Part shown: in pieces, positions 36,644 to 47,088 of the stretch
How the letters are laid out: each line of letters opens with the position of its first letter
How positions within the stretch are numbered: position 1 is the first letter of the stretch
Sequence record: NC_024790.1
Origin: Escherichia phage vB_EcoP_PhAPEC7
DNA length: 64,000 nucleotides
Reading direction: 5' to 3' (one strand)
Made by a program: the position numbers and the translations under genes
The notes under the pieces: generated by a model
Databases searched by the model: none
What the model was told of the DNA's origin: nothing
What the model saw: the letters and a program-made list of their open reading frames with translations, nothing else

Positions 36644-39600
36644 AGTTTACTAAGTTCATCCAAGGGTTCAGGTTGTGAGCACGAAGCCCTTGACCAAAGC
36701 CCCATGAGTAATCCAGCCCACCCTTAGCAGCAATGCTAAAGATGTTGTCCTGAATAGGTAAGCCAACATTACCAAACATGGTAGGAGTTGGAGCCAGCAT
36801 TGCCATTGCTGCATGTACCGGGTTGTTACGAATCATGGATACTGCAACTTTTGCAGAACGGATCTTAAAGTTGTAGAACCACATTAAACCAACGCTTTCC
36901 ATATACCCACGGAAGCGACCCGGCAGACGGTCATAGTTAATGAACTCTTCAGTTACACGTCCCAGTGCTTCTTCACGAGTCTTACCTTTACGCTGGGTCA
37001 GCTCATCATAGATGATTGCTTTAGCGATAAAGTCAGAGTACTCAACTGTCTTCTGGATACCCTGGAACAGAGCAGTATCCTTAGTAATAAGTGCATAGCG
37101 ACCAGCAGTACGTACAGACTTAGGTAACTTATCAGCCAGTTTCTCCATGTATTCGTGAAGTTTACCTTCGGTAATCAGGATGTCATCACGACCGATACCA
37201 GCATCTGCAATTGAAGAGAACTCACCTGCTTCTAACAGAGGCCATATACTCATACGCTTATGACTATCAGTAATGGACTGAATCTCAGCCTTAAGTTTAC
37301 GAATCTGGTTCGGGTTAGTAGCTGCACGTAATTCTGCTTCTGCATCTACCTGACGCAGACGAGATTTAAGGTACTGGTTAATCTCAGCAGTTTTCTGTGG
37401 AATGCTCTTAGCAATGTTCTTAACCGGTACACCACGAGCAACCATTTGGTAAAGGTTAGCCAAGAAGTTAACGGCAGGTACGACTACTGACTTAACTACA
37501 ATCAGAGTCTTAGCTTCTTTAACTAAGTTCTGAACCAGGTTCTCACCACCCATTGTGTACTTATAAGCACGGTTGCCAAATACACCCAGCATAGCTTTCT
37601 TGAAGGTATCCAGTGTTTCCGGGGACCAACGAGAATTACCAGACCAAGCATCACCTACAGAAGCTGCACGATAACCAAGTGCATCATTAAGCATGTCACG
37701 ACGCACCCACAATTCACCCTCACCGAACAAACTCTCTGCTTTCTGACGTGTTTCACTGTTCATCAGCTTAAGAGCATCAGCAGTTACTGGGTCCAGTTTA
37801 GAACCAAGAAGGTTAACGTACTGGGACTTATTAGAGGCAGACATCTTAATGTCATTCTCATACATGCTATGCAGGTTCTCAATCAGCATATCGTTGAAAC
37901 GCTGAGCCTTAGCTTCTTCCACCTGACGACCACGCCATATACCAATTGCACGGGCAAGATGGTTCTCACCTTCAATATGCTTCAGCATGTTAGGGTCAAT
38001 GGATTGCTCATAGGCAACCACATTACCTTTATCATCATATACAGGCAGGAGTGGTTCATTACCACGTTCACCACGAGCCAGTGCTTTAGTGATACGGTCT
38101 ACGGAAGGCTTGTCAGTGATACGACCAGCTACCATGGAACCCATCGTAAAGCCTGTGCCGAGGTCTACGCCACCAGCAGTATCACGAACGTTCTGTAGGA
38201 TACCCTGTGAGAATGGAGCCTGTGCCTGTACCGGTGCGAAGTAGTAGCTACGTGCCGGACCACGGTTAGCAGAGCTACCCTGATAAGTACCCAGACGTAC
38301 ATAAGATTTCTCAATCAAATCAGCAAACTGATTATCTTCAGCAACAATCAGATTAACACCCTGTTTGTTCTCACTAGGGATATGCCCTTTGTACTGGTTC
38401 AGGGTTGCACGCATATCAGATTTGGCTTTAGCCATTTCATCTTTACGTTGACCAACTAGATAAGAGGTAGCAAAGTCCATCCCATCAACTTCTGTCTGAG
38501 CCAGTGAAGATAACATCTCACGGTCGGACTTGTTCATTGCTTCCAGTGCATACAAAGTAATCAGCTTATCCAGTTGAGCTACATCTACAGTAGAGCGAGC
38601 AGCCTGACGTTCACCCAGCATACGAGAGATTGCAGTAGCATTACGCAGCAGGTTATTACCGACTGTACCGTTAATCATGTACTGAGCCAGTTGCTTAGAT
38701 TTACGGTTAATCAGGGGCCAGTTACGACCAGCTTGCTTCTGCAAATCTGCTTCCAGCTTGTTCACTTCACGGTCAACAATCTTCTGGTCAGATAGCAGGT
38801 CACGGATTTCAGCCAGAGACATGGTGTCACGCAGAACAGCTAAGTCAGTTTTACCCATACCAGTGTGCATTGCTTTCCACTCATCGTTAGTCAGCTTACG
38901 GCTGAATTTAGATGCGATAGTAGTAGGCAGGTGTTCACGGAATTGCTGACGGTCTGCCTGTACCTGTGCACGAACTGCTTTAATCAAATCGTATACAGAA
39001 GCATTGCTCTTAGTACGACCGGTTAAGTCATTAATCAAGTCGTGGAAAGGTTGCCATACCTTACCCTGGTTCATTGCAGCCATAACACCTTCAGCTACGA
39101 TTGCACCATTCTTCTCTGTAGCAATGGCAGCTACCAGTTGTGCAGCATGAGCAGCACCTTTTACTAATGGATTCTTGGTATTGGCTGCAACTTCACGAGC
39201 ACTTTCTAAAGCACGGGTAGACAGTGCATCAATAGAATCCACCAGATACTGGTTAGCACGGTCGATAGCATTACCACTAGGAGTAGCAACGGAATCATAG
39301 AATGACTGTGCATTAAGGCTAGTCTGCATGATTGTCTGAGCCAGTGCATCCATACCTTCCTGTACGTTGGTAGCTTTGGTATCACCTGCTACACGGGCAT
39401 TCAAACTAGACATTGCAGCAGTACCGATGTTAGTCAGCATTGCATCAACGGTATTCCCAGATTTCTTATCTGCTTTCATAACAGGAATGTTAGCCAGTAC
39501 ATTACGCACCTCTTCACTTACCATTGCCAGACCAACAAAAGTAGGCAGTAAGGAAGAACGACCCTGTGCGTCAAACTCAATATTGTTAGCACCCATGATG

Positions 39601-42600
39601 GTATCGAACTTCTGTTGAGCATAGTAACGGTCAGCAGGGTTAGTACTATCTGGGTCAGCCATGAATGATTCAACGGTCAGGTTCTTAGTGACGTGTGCAT
39701 AGTATTCCTGTGCACGAGAAAGAGCAGCCGGACTAATAGCAGCTTCAGTAGCCAGTGCAGCAACGATATTAGTGAACAGTCGCTGTTCCTGCATATTCAT
39801 AGTGAAGCCATGAGCCTGAACATCACGAGTTACTTTAGTTGCATTCACTACTGCATCAGAGAACTTACCTTTACGAATTACTTGCTGTACTGGTTCAGAA
39901 CCAATGTAGTTAATAATCAGCTTATCAAAGGTCTGTCCCAGCTCTTCCAGACGAGTATTGTCACCATACGCCTTGTTATGGAACAAGGTAGTGTCTTTGG
40001 ATACAGCAGCCGTAGGAGCCTGTCCACGCATAACCACAGATGAGTTAAACAGTAAGCCAGAGAACATATCATCTGCATTAGCAGGTGCTTTCTTGCGACC
40101 AAATACCAGACGTTTGATTGCCTCATATACAGACTGAACCATAGTTTTCAGTGCTGTGGTTTTCTTCTGCTTACCAATCAGTTCACGGTTAGTTAAGCCC
40201 CAAGCCATATACTCATTCAGTGCAGCAGCTTTAGCCATTGCTGGTTCAATAAAGCCATTAGACAAGTGACCGTTAATAGTATTAAGTGCATCAGCATATG
40301 CTTCACGTACTGCCGGAGATTCATTCTTAACATCCAGAGTACGGAACTGGTTCATCAAGTCTTCAATATTCTGGATTGCTTCATTAGGAGTACCCTCATA
40401 GTGAGCCAGTACGGATTCAAAAGTGGAAGCATGTACCAATTCATGAACCAGAGTCTCTAAGGAAGAGGTAACTAAGTAGATGGTCTTATCATCAAAGTTA
40501 GTCCAGCCATATGCATTACCAGCTTCGGCAGCTTCAATATCTTTTGGTGCTGGGCGAGTAATGTTCTTCTCAATAGCATAAGCATCCAGTTGAGCAGGAG
40601 TACCGTAAACAACCTTATAGTCTTTGGCAGCAAGGGATTTCTGTACTTCTTTCAATACTGCTTGCTGTTCAGGAGTCATCTCTTTAGCCAGTTTAGAAAT
40701 GGCAGTATTGGACAACAGACGTACACCAGACTTAAGTACACGACCAACCTGTTCCATCGCTGGTACTTCTTTCACTGGTTCTGCTTTAGCAGCACGTACT
40801 GCATTACGACGCTTATTTAATTCAGCATCAAACAGCTCGTTCAGCTTAGCTACTTGCTGGTCTACAGTCAGACCTTCCAGAGAAATTTTACCGTTATTCA
40901 CATATGGAGCACCTACAGCAGCCATCTGGTCAACAGTGGTCTGTACCTGGTTCATTACTTTGTGGCGAATATCTACACCCAGAGCAATATTACGTAGGTT
41001 ACGTTCAATCTGTTCAGCACCTGCACGAAGTAAGTCATCGGTAGCACCCTCACGTTGGTCATATTCCAGAGCAGACTTAGCGATAGCCTGTTTGGTTTCA
41101 TCTGACAGTTTGCTGAAGTCTACATTCTTCATGAACTTAGCGTAGGAGTCATAAACATTCTTGATAGGGTTCCCCTGCCAGGAAGTGTATACAGCCTCAT
41201 TTGCTTTACGACTCGCATCAGTGATGTCGTTGATACCAATGTTCATACCATCAAAGATTTTCAGGGTATTCTTCGGTGCACCTTTCATAGTAGAAAGAGT
41301 CTGCATCATCATGCCATCACCAGTACCGATGGTCATAAATGGAATACCTGCAACACCTGCTTGTGAAGGAGCATAGATGCTCATTGGCACACGCATACGG
41401 TCATCTAAGTTGGTAGCCAGTACTTGGTTAGCAACATCAGTATTCTCACTACCAGCAATGTAGAAAGTCTGTGAACCAGTCTCAATCATTGGAGCCAGTG
41501 GAGATAATGATTCCTGGATTTCATTCAGTTCTTTCTGTGTTAAGAAATCACCCTTCTTCCAGGTTGGGTCTTTTTCTTTTTCTGCCAACTTAGTCTGTAC
41601 TGCTTGCTGGAACATATCCTGCAATACCAGAGACTGAATCTGAGTAGCCTTCTGCAAGTTCTCGGTAGAGTGCATCAGACCTTCACCAACAGTATTACGA
41701 ATACCAGTTCGCATTGGTTCAACGAACAGGTGGAGCATGTTCTCCTGTAAGTTCTTCAGGGCATTACCAGATACGGTAAATTTCTGAGGGTCTAACTTAC
41801 CAGTCAGAGCACCATCTACCTGCTGAATAGACAATTCACCTTTACGCATAACTGGAACATTGCCTGTCAGTGCTTCCATAGAAGTAAGGAAAGTATCCAG
41901 CATAGCCTGAGCATCAGCCTCAGACGCAGCCTCCTTACCAAACATTGCCATAGCTGGGGAAATGCTAGGGTCAGCAGCCCGTGCTTGCAGAACGTCACTG
42001 AAGCGTTCGTAGATGGTGTCAGTAATTGCACTGACCATCTTCCCAGCAATACCACGAGCACCGGAACCATAGATGGTAATGGTCAGTGGGTTTTTAGCGA
42101 TACCACGTTTCAGGTCCAGAGTACCATCTTCATTCAGATTAAAGTCTTTAATGAACAGGTCCATTAACTTCTGAAGATGATTCATCTGGCTCATAACCGG
42201 AACGTTGTTACGGTAAGTAGTACGTAACTCATTTAGTGCTTGTTGCAGACCATTAGTAGATGCTTCATACAGGTCAACACTGTCATCCTGTGAACGATGT
42301 TCGTTCATAGTCTTACCGGCTTTACCGAAGAACAGACCACCTTTAGCAGTATTCTTAATCCAGTCTGGAGTGAACTTACCCCCAGTCATTAATACCATTG
42401 CGTTAATCGGGCCGTTGGTTACACCATCAGCTTCAACGTACAGTGGAGTAGTAAAGTTGGCACGGTCATCACTGTTCAGGTAACGGGCATATTCCATCAG
42501 AGCCATGAGAGCTACGAAGGATTTGTCACCACCCAGGGAGGTCTTCAGAATATCTACTGCATCAGCAGGTAAGTGACCAGACTTATCGAACTCAACCATC

Positions 42601-45600
42601 ATATCAACAGCAGGTTTCAGATTACCTTCCAGAGCCTTGGTCAACTTTTCAGACATAGCTTCACGGGACATGTTATGTACCTTGATGCCTAATGCCTGAG
42701 CCAGTCCTAACTGGAAGTCAGAGACTGCTTGGCTGTTTTCATTACTCAAGTCAATAGTAGAGAAGGTTGGCAGAATTGCTTCACGAACCAGCTTACTGGA
42801 TTGTGGGTTATTCTTACCTAGCATCTGCATACGACCTACACGGGTCATGTTGTAACCATAGTGAATAGGAGTATCCAGACCATTCTCTTGTTCCCGTATC
42901 TGGCTGATTACACCAAACAAGGAATCATATGCCATAGACACGGACAGGTTTTTACCCTCCAGTGACTTAGCAGTGTTCATATTCAACAGTTCTGGATTAA
43001 GAGAACCAGCACCCATCAGTTCCAGAATGTTGTCACGACCTAAAGCTTCATAGAAGTTAACCATCGGCATGTGTACACGGAACTCAGTAGCTTGTTCAGC
43101 TTTCAGTGCAGCTTTCTGTTCCGGGGTATTTTTAACAGCAGGGTTACGTAACTGAGTTTGAGCCACGGAAGGAATGTCGTCACCGAAGTACATTTTCTCT
43201 TCTGGTTCTAAGAGGACAGCTTCCTCAATAGCAGTAGGGAATTTGTTAATGGCATCATTGTCATCCAGCTTCTCAATGGTATACAGACCAACAGTCTTAT
43301 TAGAGTCTGGGTCAATCTCAGACACATCCAGCATAGACTCTTTAACTTCACCCATTTCAATGAGGGAAGACAGAATCTCTGTAGCCATTGCCATTGGGAT
43401 ACCTTTTGTGTAACCCAGTGGTGCATTAGGATTACGATTCAAACCCCAATAAGATTCAATCTTCTGAGCCAGTGAGTTAGTAGCTTCGACCAGAGTCTGG
43501 GCATTCTCAAACTCAGCCAGAATACCTTCTGGTAACAGAGATGCTTCCACACCAGTAATAGCAGCTACGTCTTTCATGTCTTTAATGGCAGCATTCTGTG
43601 TAGCAGTCAGTCGCCATTGCAGTCCGGCAAGTACAGCAGTCTCTAACAACTGATCATTGAACTTAAAGGTGTCACCATCTCGTTCAACGATATTCAGCAA
43701 TTTGCCACCTACCCAACGGTTAGCTTCAGTACCTTCTGCAAAACGTTTACCAACGTTCTTATTAGCAAGGAACTTAACCAGACGTTCAGACAAAGTAGTC
43801 TTCAGAGTTTCCCCAAAGTCCATCAAGTCCTGATAACGTTTCATCACATCACTAGTGAGAGCGTTATTTTCTTTTTGAGTGAATGCCTCAAAGCGAGCAG
43901 CAGAAGACAGTGCTTGCTTAATATCAGCCAAAGGAGATTCAGAACCAATGGTACGGGACTTAGGTTCTTCCGGTAGGGTAAATGCTTTCAGGAACTGGTT
44001 CGGTGTCTTTTCATTGTTATAGACAGGGAACACTGTTTCCATTTCTGTTTTAGTTTCAGCTACTTCCTGGATGGTATCCTCATTAGTGAGGGTAGCTTCT
44101 ACTGTTTCGGGCTTAGTAGTAGAGACTTCTTCTGCTTTTGGACTAGTCTCCTTAGTAGGAGCAGTCTTATTTTCTACCACTGGTTTAGCTTTAGGCTGTA
44201 CAGTAGTAGTGTCCTCTTGCACTGGTGCAGGAGTTTCATCAACCTGATTCACTGGTTCATTAGTCTGTTGAGACTGAGTGGCATCAAGACCACCTTGACG
44301 GAACTCTTTAACTACCTGGGCAACTGGCTTGTTCAGACGTGAATCCAACGAGGTAACTTTCACATGAGAAACATTAAGCTCCGGGTAAGCCGTAGCAAGT
44401 GCGTTAGCAATATCAGCTACGGTTTTGGCCTCCAGTCCTACTTGCTGGGCAAACTTAACAGACTTGGTATCGTAAGGATTGACACCGAGGCCAGTACGAC
44501 TACGTACCCATTCACGGGAAGGCGAGAGAGCCTGATAATGGACAGACTTATTCTTATCCGCATTCCCCGAAATCAGATGCTCATTCAACGCTCCGACCTT
44601 ATTCTGCATGTGCTGGGCGAACTTCATAAAGTCGCTCAGATAAGCGGAGGCCAAATCGAAGTTACCAGAGTTATACGCAGAACGAATGCGTTTCGCATGT
44701 TGCAACGCAGAGTACTGTCCTTCATTAGAACGAGACTCATCGGTTTTAATCTGTTTACTAACAATGTCCTGAGGACGTAAGCCCAGTTCTTCTGCTTTAG
44801 CGTCGAACTCACGTGCACCCTGTAACAAGGCAGCAGCAGATTGCAGGGCAGCACGTTGACGATTCCCTAATGTAATCTTACCTTCACTTGCATGTTTAAG
44901 AACCATGTTCACTGAATCTGCATCCAGTACTTCTGGAGACACATCAGCAGCCATAGCAATGTTGTTTGCTTGGGCTTGGTTAGCTTCTTCAGTAGCTTTC
45001 AGTTTACCTGCCTCAGCCTGTTCCTGAATCATGGAATGGATAGCACGGAATGCACGAAGTACTTTAGGGGTATTCTGTACGTTAGCCATCAGGCCGGAGA
45101 ACTGGTCTACGATTGCAGCAGCAGGGGAACCTTGTTCCAGATTAGCCAGAGCACCTGGGTCACGGTTAATGAAGTTATCCATAGACATGATGTTGTCATA
45201 CATCTGAATTGCAGCTTCCATTTGAACGTTAGGGTCTTCGGCAGTATTAACCAAGTCAGCCATCTTCTGAATAGCTTCTACACGGTTAGTGGAACCAGAA
45301 ACAGCTTCACGGATTACTGGGTTAACTTGTTCCAATTCTACTGGGTCAAACTTCATTGCCTGAGTTAAATCAGCAGCATACTGGGTAGCAGCAGCTTTCT
45401 CTTCTGGAGTGATATCCATTGCATCTACTGCTTCTTGTACAGTTGCTTGTGCTTGCTCTGCTTGAGCAGCAGCTTCCTGTGCAGCAGCATTAACCGTAGC
45501 ATCAGCTACAGGGGATGCTTGTTCATTACGCTTAGCAACTTCTTCACCACGTTGAACCAGGATGTTAGTAAGGGGAGATGTAGCTTTTGCTAATGTTTTA

Positions 45601-47012
45601 CCAACCAGAGAAGCACCAGCCAGAGTAGTACGAAGAGTAGGACCAGCAGCAGCACCGGCAGCTTTAACAGTTGCACCAGGAGCCTGAGCAACACCAGCAC
45701 TACCGAAGCCATAGAGTGCACCCAGACCTGCTTGCTCACCGACTCCCTTGAGGGTATCTCGGGATGCATCAACATTCTCTTTGATTGCAGTGTTTTGTGC
45801 GAACTGACCAAAGCCTGACTGAATACCTTCCTCTACAGTTTCACGCAGCATATTAGAACCAGCACCAGCCAGTGAACCTACCTTAAGTGGGTTAAGTTCA
45901 AATCGAGATACCAGTGGACCGGTAGCAGCAGCAACTGGAGCAGTTAAGCCAGCAGCAGTAATACCTGTTTCAGATGCAGTCTGACGACGTGCTTCATCAG
46001 GAGATAAACCATCAGCAATATGTTGTTGGTAAACAGGAGACTTACTTGCCAGTTCTTGATGGGACATCTTCATGATTTCAGAAGCAGTCTGTTGGTATGC
46101 ACCACCAGCTTCCATGCCACCGATTGCAATAGCAGGTGCAACAACACGACCAGCAGACAATGCAACCTGTGCAGGGCGTGAACCTAATCCAGCAGCTAAG
46201 GTAATACCCTTAACAGCTTTATCACCACCTACCATTACTTTACCGAGTGCAGATACACCACGGATAAGTGGACCACCAGTAAAGAGGGAACCAACACCTT
46301 CACTAAGTCCGTCGGAAGCAGCCATACCATTATCAAGTGTATTAGCAACAGAATCGAAAGCATCACGACCAATACGAGACAGGGAGGCAACCAAATCGCT
46401 CTCCCCGTTTTTGACATCTTGTTCATAGAGTTTCTGGTTCTTTTGAGCAGAAATCTGGTTCTGATTCTGAACAACTTTACGAGTAGCATTCAGTGCATCA
46501 GATTGTAGATTGTGTACACCTTCATTCAACCAATCCATCCCGGAAGCAATGGATGCCCCGGCATTATCATTGACCAGACCTGTGCCAAGAGCAGCAATGC
46601 CCCCAAGGGTATTAGCAACACCAAGACCAACACCAGAAAGAGTATCGCCAAATGCTTCTGCGTTAGTACGTTGTTTAGATAAGTCCTGACGTACAACATC
46701 AGCAGCATTAGCTCGGCTATTAAGAATTTGTAGACCTTGCTCATTACCGTATTTATTAATGATTTCTAATGGGGAGGCTTGAGTGAAATCTGCCTGAAGT
46801 GAACCTGGTTCGAATGCACCGATTCCAAGATTACCTACTCGTCCAGTCTGGAGATTGTAAGCGTTCTCTGGGGTTAATTGGAAAGGGCTTTGCCCTTGTG
46901 CAGCTTGCTTCTGGGAGGTTGCAGTAGAGACATCGACTTGCTTAGCATTAGTGATGCTGTCTGCGAAACCTGCCAGACGGTCAAATGTTGACATAGCATG
47001 TTTCCTGTTCAA
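36642..47012 (-). CDS. Virion-encapsidated RNA polymerase (N4 gp50-like vRNAP, 3,456 aa)
   Basis: Single giant ORF at the start of the late module; size and position match N4 vRNAP (about 3,500 aa). Catalytic motifs not individually checked. Confidence 0.75.
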   Translation of the reverse strand: MNRKHAMSTFDRLAGFADSITNAKQVDVSTATSQKQAAQGQSPFQLTPENAYNLQTGRVGNLGIGAFEPGSLQADFTQASPLEIINKYGNEQGLQILNSRANAADVVRQDLSKQRTNAEAFGDTLSGVGLGVANTLGGIAALGTGLVNDNAGASIASGMDWLNEGVHNLQSDALNATRKVVQNQNQISAQKNQKLYEQDVKNGESDLVASLSRIGRDAFDSVANTLDNGMAASDGLSEGVGSLFTGGPLIRGVSALGKVMVGGDKAVKGITLAAGLGSRPAQVALSAGRVVAPAIAIGGMEAGGAYQQTASEIMKMSHQELASKSPVYQQHIADGLSPDEARRQTASETGITAAGLTAPVAAATGPLVSRFELNPLKVGSLAGAGSNMLRETVEEGIQSGFGQFAQNTAIKENVDASRDTLKGVGEQAGLGALYGFGSAGVAQAPGATVKAAGAAAGPTLRTTLAGASLVGKTLAKATSPLTNILVQRGEEVAKRNEQASPVADATVNAAAQEAAAQAEQAQATVQEAVDAMDITPEEKAAATQYAADLTQAMKFDPVELEQVNPVIREAVSGSTNRVEAIQKMADLVNTAEDPNVQMEAAIQMYDNIMSMDNFINRDPGALANLEQGSPAAAIVDQFSGLMANVQNTPKVLRAFRAIHSMIQEQAEAGKLKATEEANQAQANNIAMAADVSPEVLDADSVNMVLKHASEGKITLGNRQRAALQSAAALLQGAREFDAKAEELGLRPQDIVSKQIKTDESRSNEGQYSALQHAKRIRSAYNSGNFDLASAYLSDFMKFAQHMQNKVGALNEHLISGNADKNKSVHYQALSPSREWVRSRTGLGVNPYDTKSVKFAQQVGLEAKTVADIANALATAYPELNVSHVKVTSLDSRLNKPVAQVVKEFRQGGLDATQSQQTNEPVNQVDETPAPVQEDTTTVQPKAKPVVENKTAPTKETSPKAEEVSTTKPETVEATLTNEDTIQEVAETKTEMETVFPVYNNEKTPNQFLKAFTLPEEPKSRTIGSESPLADIKQALSSAARFEAFTQKENNALTSDVMKRYQDLMDFGETLKTTLSERLVKFLANKNVGKRFAEGTEANRWVGGKLLNIVERDGDTFKFNDQLLETAVLAGLQWRLTATQNAAIKDMKDVAAITGVEASLLPEGILAEFENAQTLVEATNSLAQKIESYWGLNRNPNAPLGYTKGIPMAMATEILSSLIEMGEVKESMLDVSEIDPDSNKTVGLYTIEKLDDNDAINKFPTAIEEAVLLEPEEKMYFGDDIPSVAQTQLRNPAVKNTPEQKAALKAEQATEFRVHMPMVNFYEALGRDNILELMGAGSLNPELLNMNTAKSLEGKNLSVSMAYDSLFGVISQIREQENGLDTPIHYGYNMTRVGRMQMLGKNNPQSSKLVREAILPTFSTIDLSNENSQAVSDFQLGLAQALGIKVHNMSREAMSEKLTKALEGNLKPAVDMMVEFDKSGHLPADAVDILKTSLGGDKSFVALMALMEYARYLNSDDRANFTTPLYVEADGVTNGPINAMVLMTGGKFTPDWIKNTAKGGLFFGKAGKTMNEHRSQDDSVDLYEASTNGLQQALNELRTTYRNNVPVMSQMNHLQKLMDLFIKDFNLNEDGTLDLKRGIAKNPLTITIYGSGARGIAGKMVSAITDTIYERFSDVLQARAADPSISPAMAMFGKEAASEADAQAMLDTFLTSMEALTGNVPVMRKGELSIQQVDGALTGKLDPQKFTVSGNALKNLQENMLHLFVEPMRTGIRNTVGEGLMHSTENLQKATQIQSLVLQDMFQQAVQTKLAEKEKDPTWKKGDFLTQKELNEIQESLSPLAPMIETGSQTFYIAGSENTDVANQVLATNLDDRMRVPMSIYAPSQAGVAGIPFMTIGTGDGMMMQTLSTMKGAPKNTLKIFDGMNIGINDITDASRKANEAVYTSWQGNPIKNVYDSYAKFMKNVDFSKLSDETKQAIAKSALEYDQREGATDDLLRAGAEQIERNLRNIALGVDIRHKVMNQVQTTVDQMAAVGAPYVNNGKISLEGLTVDQQVAKLNELFDAELNKRRNAVRAAKAEPVKEVPAMEQVGRVLKSGVRLLSNTAISKLAKEMTPEQQAVLKEVQKSLAAKDYKVVYGTPAQLDAYAIEKNITRPAPKDIEAAEAGNAYGWTNFDDKTIYLVTSSLETLVHELVHASTFESVLAHYEGTPNEAIQNIEDLMNQFRTLDVKNESPAVREAYADALNTINGHLSNGFIEPAMAKAAALNEYMAWGLTNRELIGKQKKTTALKTMVQSVYEAIKRLVFGRKKAPANADDMFSGLLFNSSVVMRGQAPTAAVSKDTTLFHNKAYGDNTRLEELGQTFDKLIINYIGSEPVQQVIRKGKFSDAVVNATKVTRDVQAHGFTMNMQEQRLFTNIVAALATEAAISPAALSRAQEYYAHVTKNLTVESFMADPDSTNPADRYYAQQKFDTIMGANNIEFDAQGRSSLLPTFVGLAMVSEEVRNVLANIPVMKADKKSGNTVDAMLTNIGTAAMSSLNARVAGDTKATNVQEGMDALAQTIMQTSLNAQSFYDSVATPSGNAIDRANQYLVDSIDALSTRALESAREVAANTKNPLVKGAAHAAQLVAAIATEKNGAIVAEGVMAAMNQGKVWQPFHDLINDLTGRTKSNASVYDLIKAVRAQVQADRQQFREHLPTTIASKFSRKLTNDEWKAMHTGMGKTDLAVLRDTMSLAEIRDLLSDQKIVDREVNKLEADLQKQAGRNWPLINRKSKQLAQYMINGTVGNNLLRNATAISRMLGERQAARSTVDVAQLDKLITLYALEAMNKSDREMLSSLAQTEVDGMDFATSYLVGQRKDEMAKAKSDMRATLNQYKGHIPSENKQGVNLIVAEDNQFADLIEKSYVRLGTYQGSSANRGPARSYYFAPVQAQAPFSQGILQNVRDTAGGVDLGTGFTMGSMVAGRITDKPSVDRITKALARGERGNEPLLPVYDDKGNVVAYEQSIDPNMLKHIEGENHLARAIGIWRGRQVEEAKAQRFNDMLIENLHSMYENDIKMSASNKSQYVNLLGSKLDPVTADALKLMNSETRQKAESLFGEGELWVRRDMLNDALGYRAASVGDAWSGNSRWSPETLDTFKKAMLGVFGNRAYKYTMGGENLVQNLVKEAKTLIVVKSVVVPAVNFLANLYQMVARGVPVKNIAKSIPQKTAEINQYLKSRLRQVDAEAELRAATNPNQIRKLKAEIQSITDSHKRMSIWPLLEAGEFSSIADAGIGRDDILITEGKLHEYMEKLADKLPKSVRTAGRYALITKDTALFQGIQKTVEYSDFIAKAIIYDELTQRKGKTREEALGRVTEEFINYDRLPGRFRGYMESVGLMWFYNFKIRSAKVAVSMIRNNPVHAAMAMLAPTPTMFGNVGLPIQDNIFSIAAKGGLDYSWGFGQGLRAHNLNPWMNLVN

Positions 47013-47049
47013 ACTTATATCGTATATAGGTAACTTACTCTACAGTAAG

Positions 47050-47082
47050 CCAGTTAAAGAAAAAAGCCCCGTAGGGCTTTTA
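47050..47082 (-). terminator. Hairpin with flanking T-runs between the upstream virion gene and the vRNAP gene
   Basis: AAAGCCC-CGTA-GGGCTTT with A/T runs on both sides. Confidence 0.4.
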
Positions 47083-47088
47083 TTAGTA

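Noticed and set aside
37869-46744. Numerous plus-strand and alternative-frame ORFs (60-173 aa) inside the giant minus-strand gene
   Set aside because: All are nested within or antisense to the 3,456-aa ORF, with no translation signals; expected by chance in a 10-kb gene.
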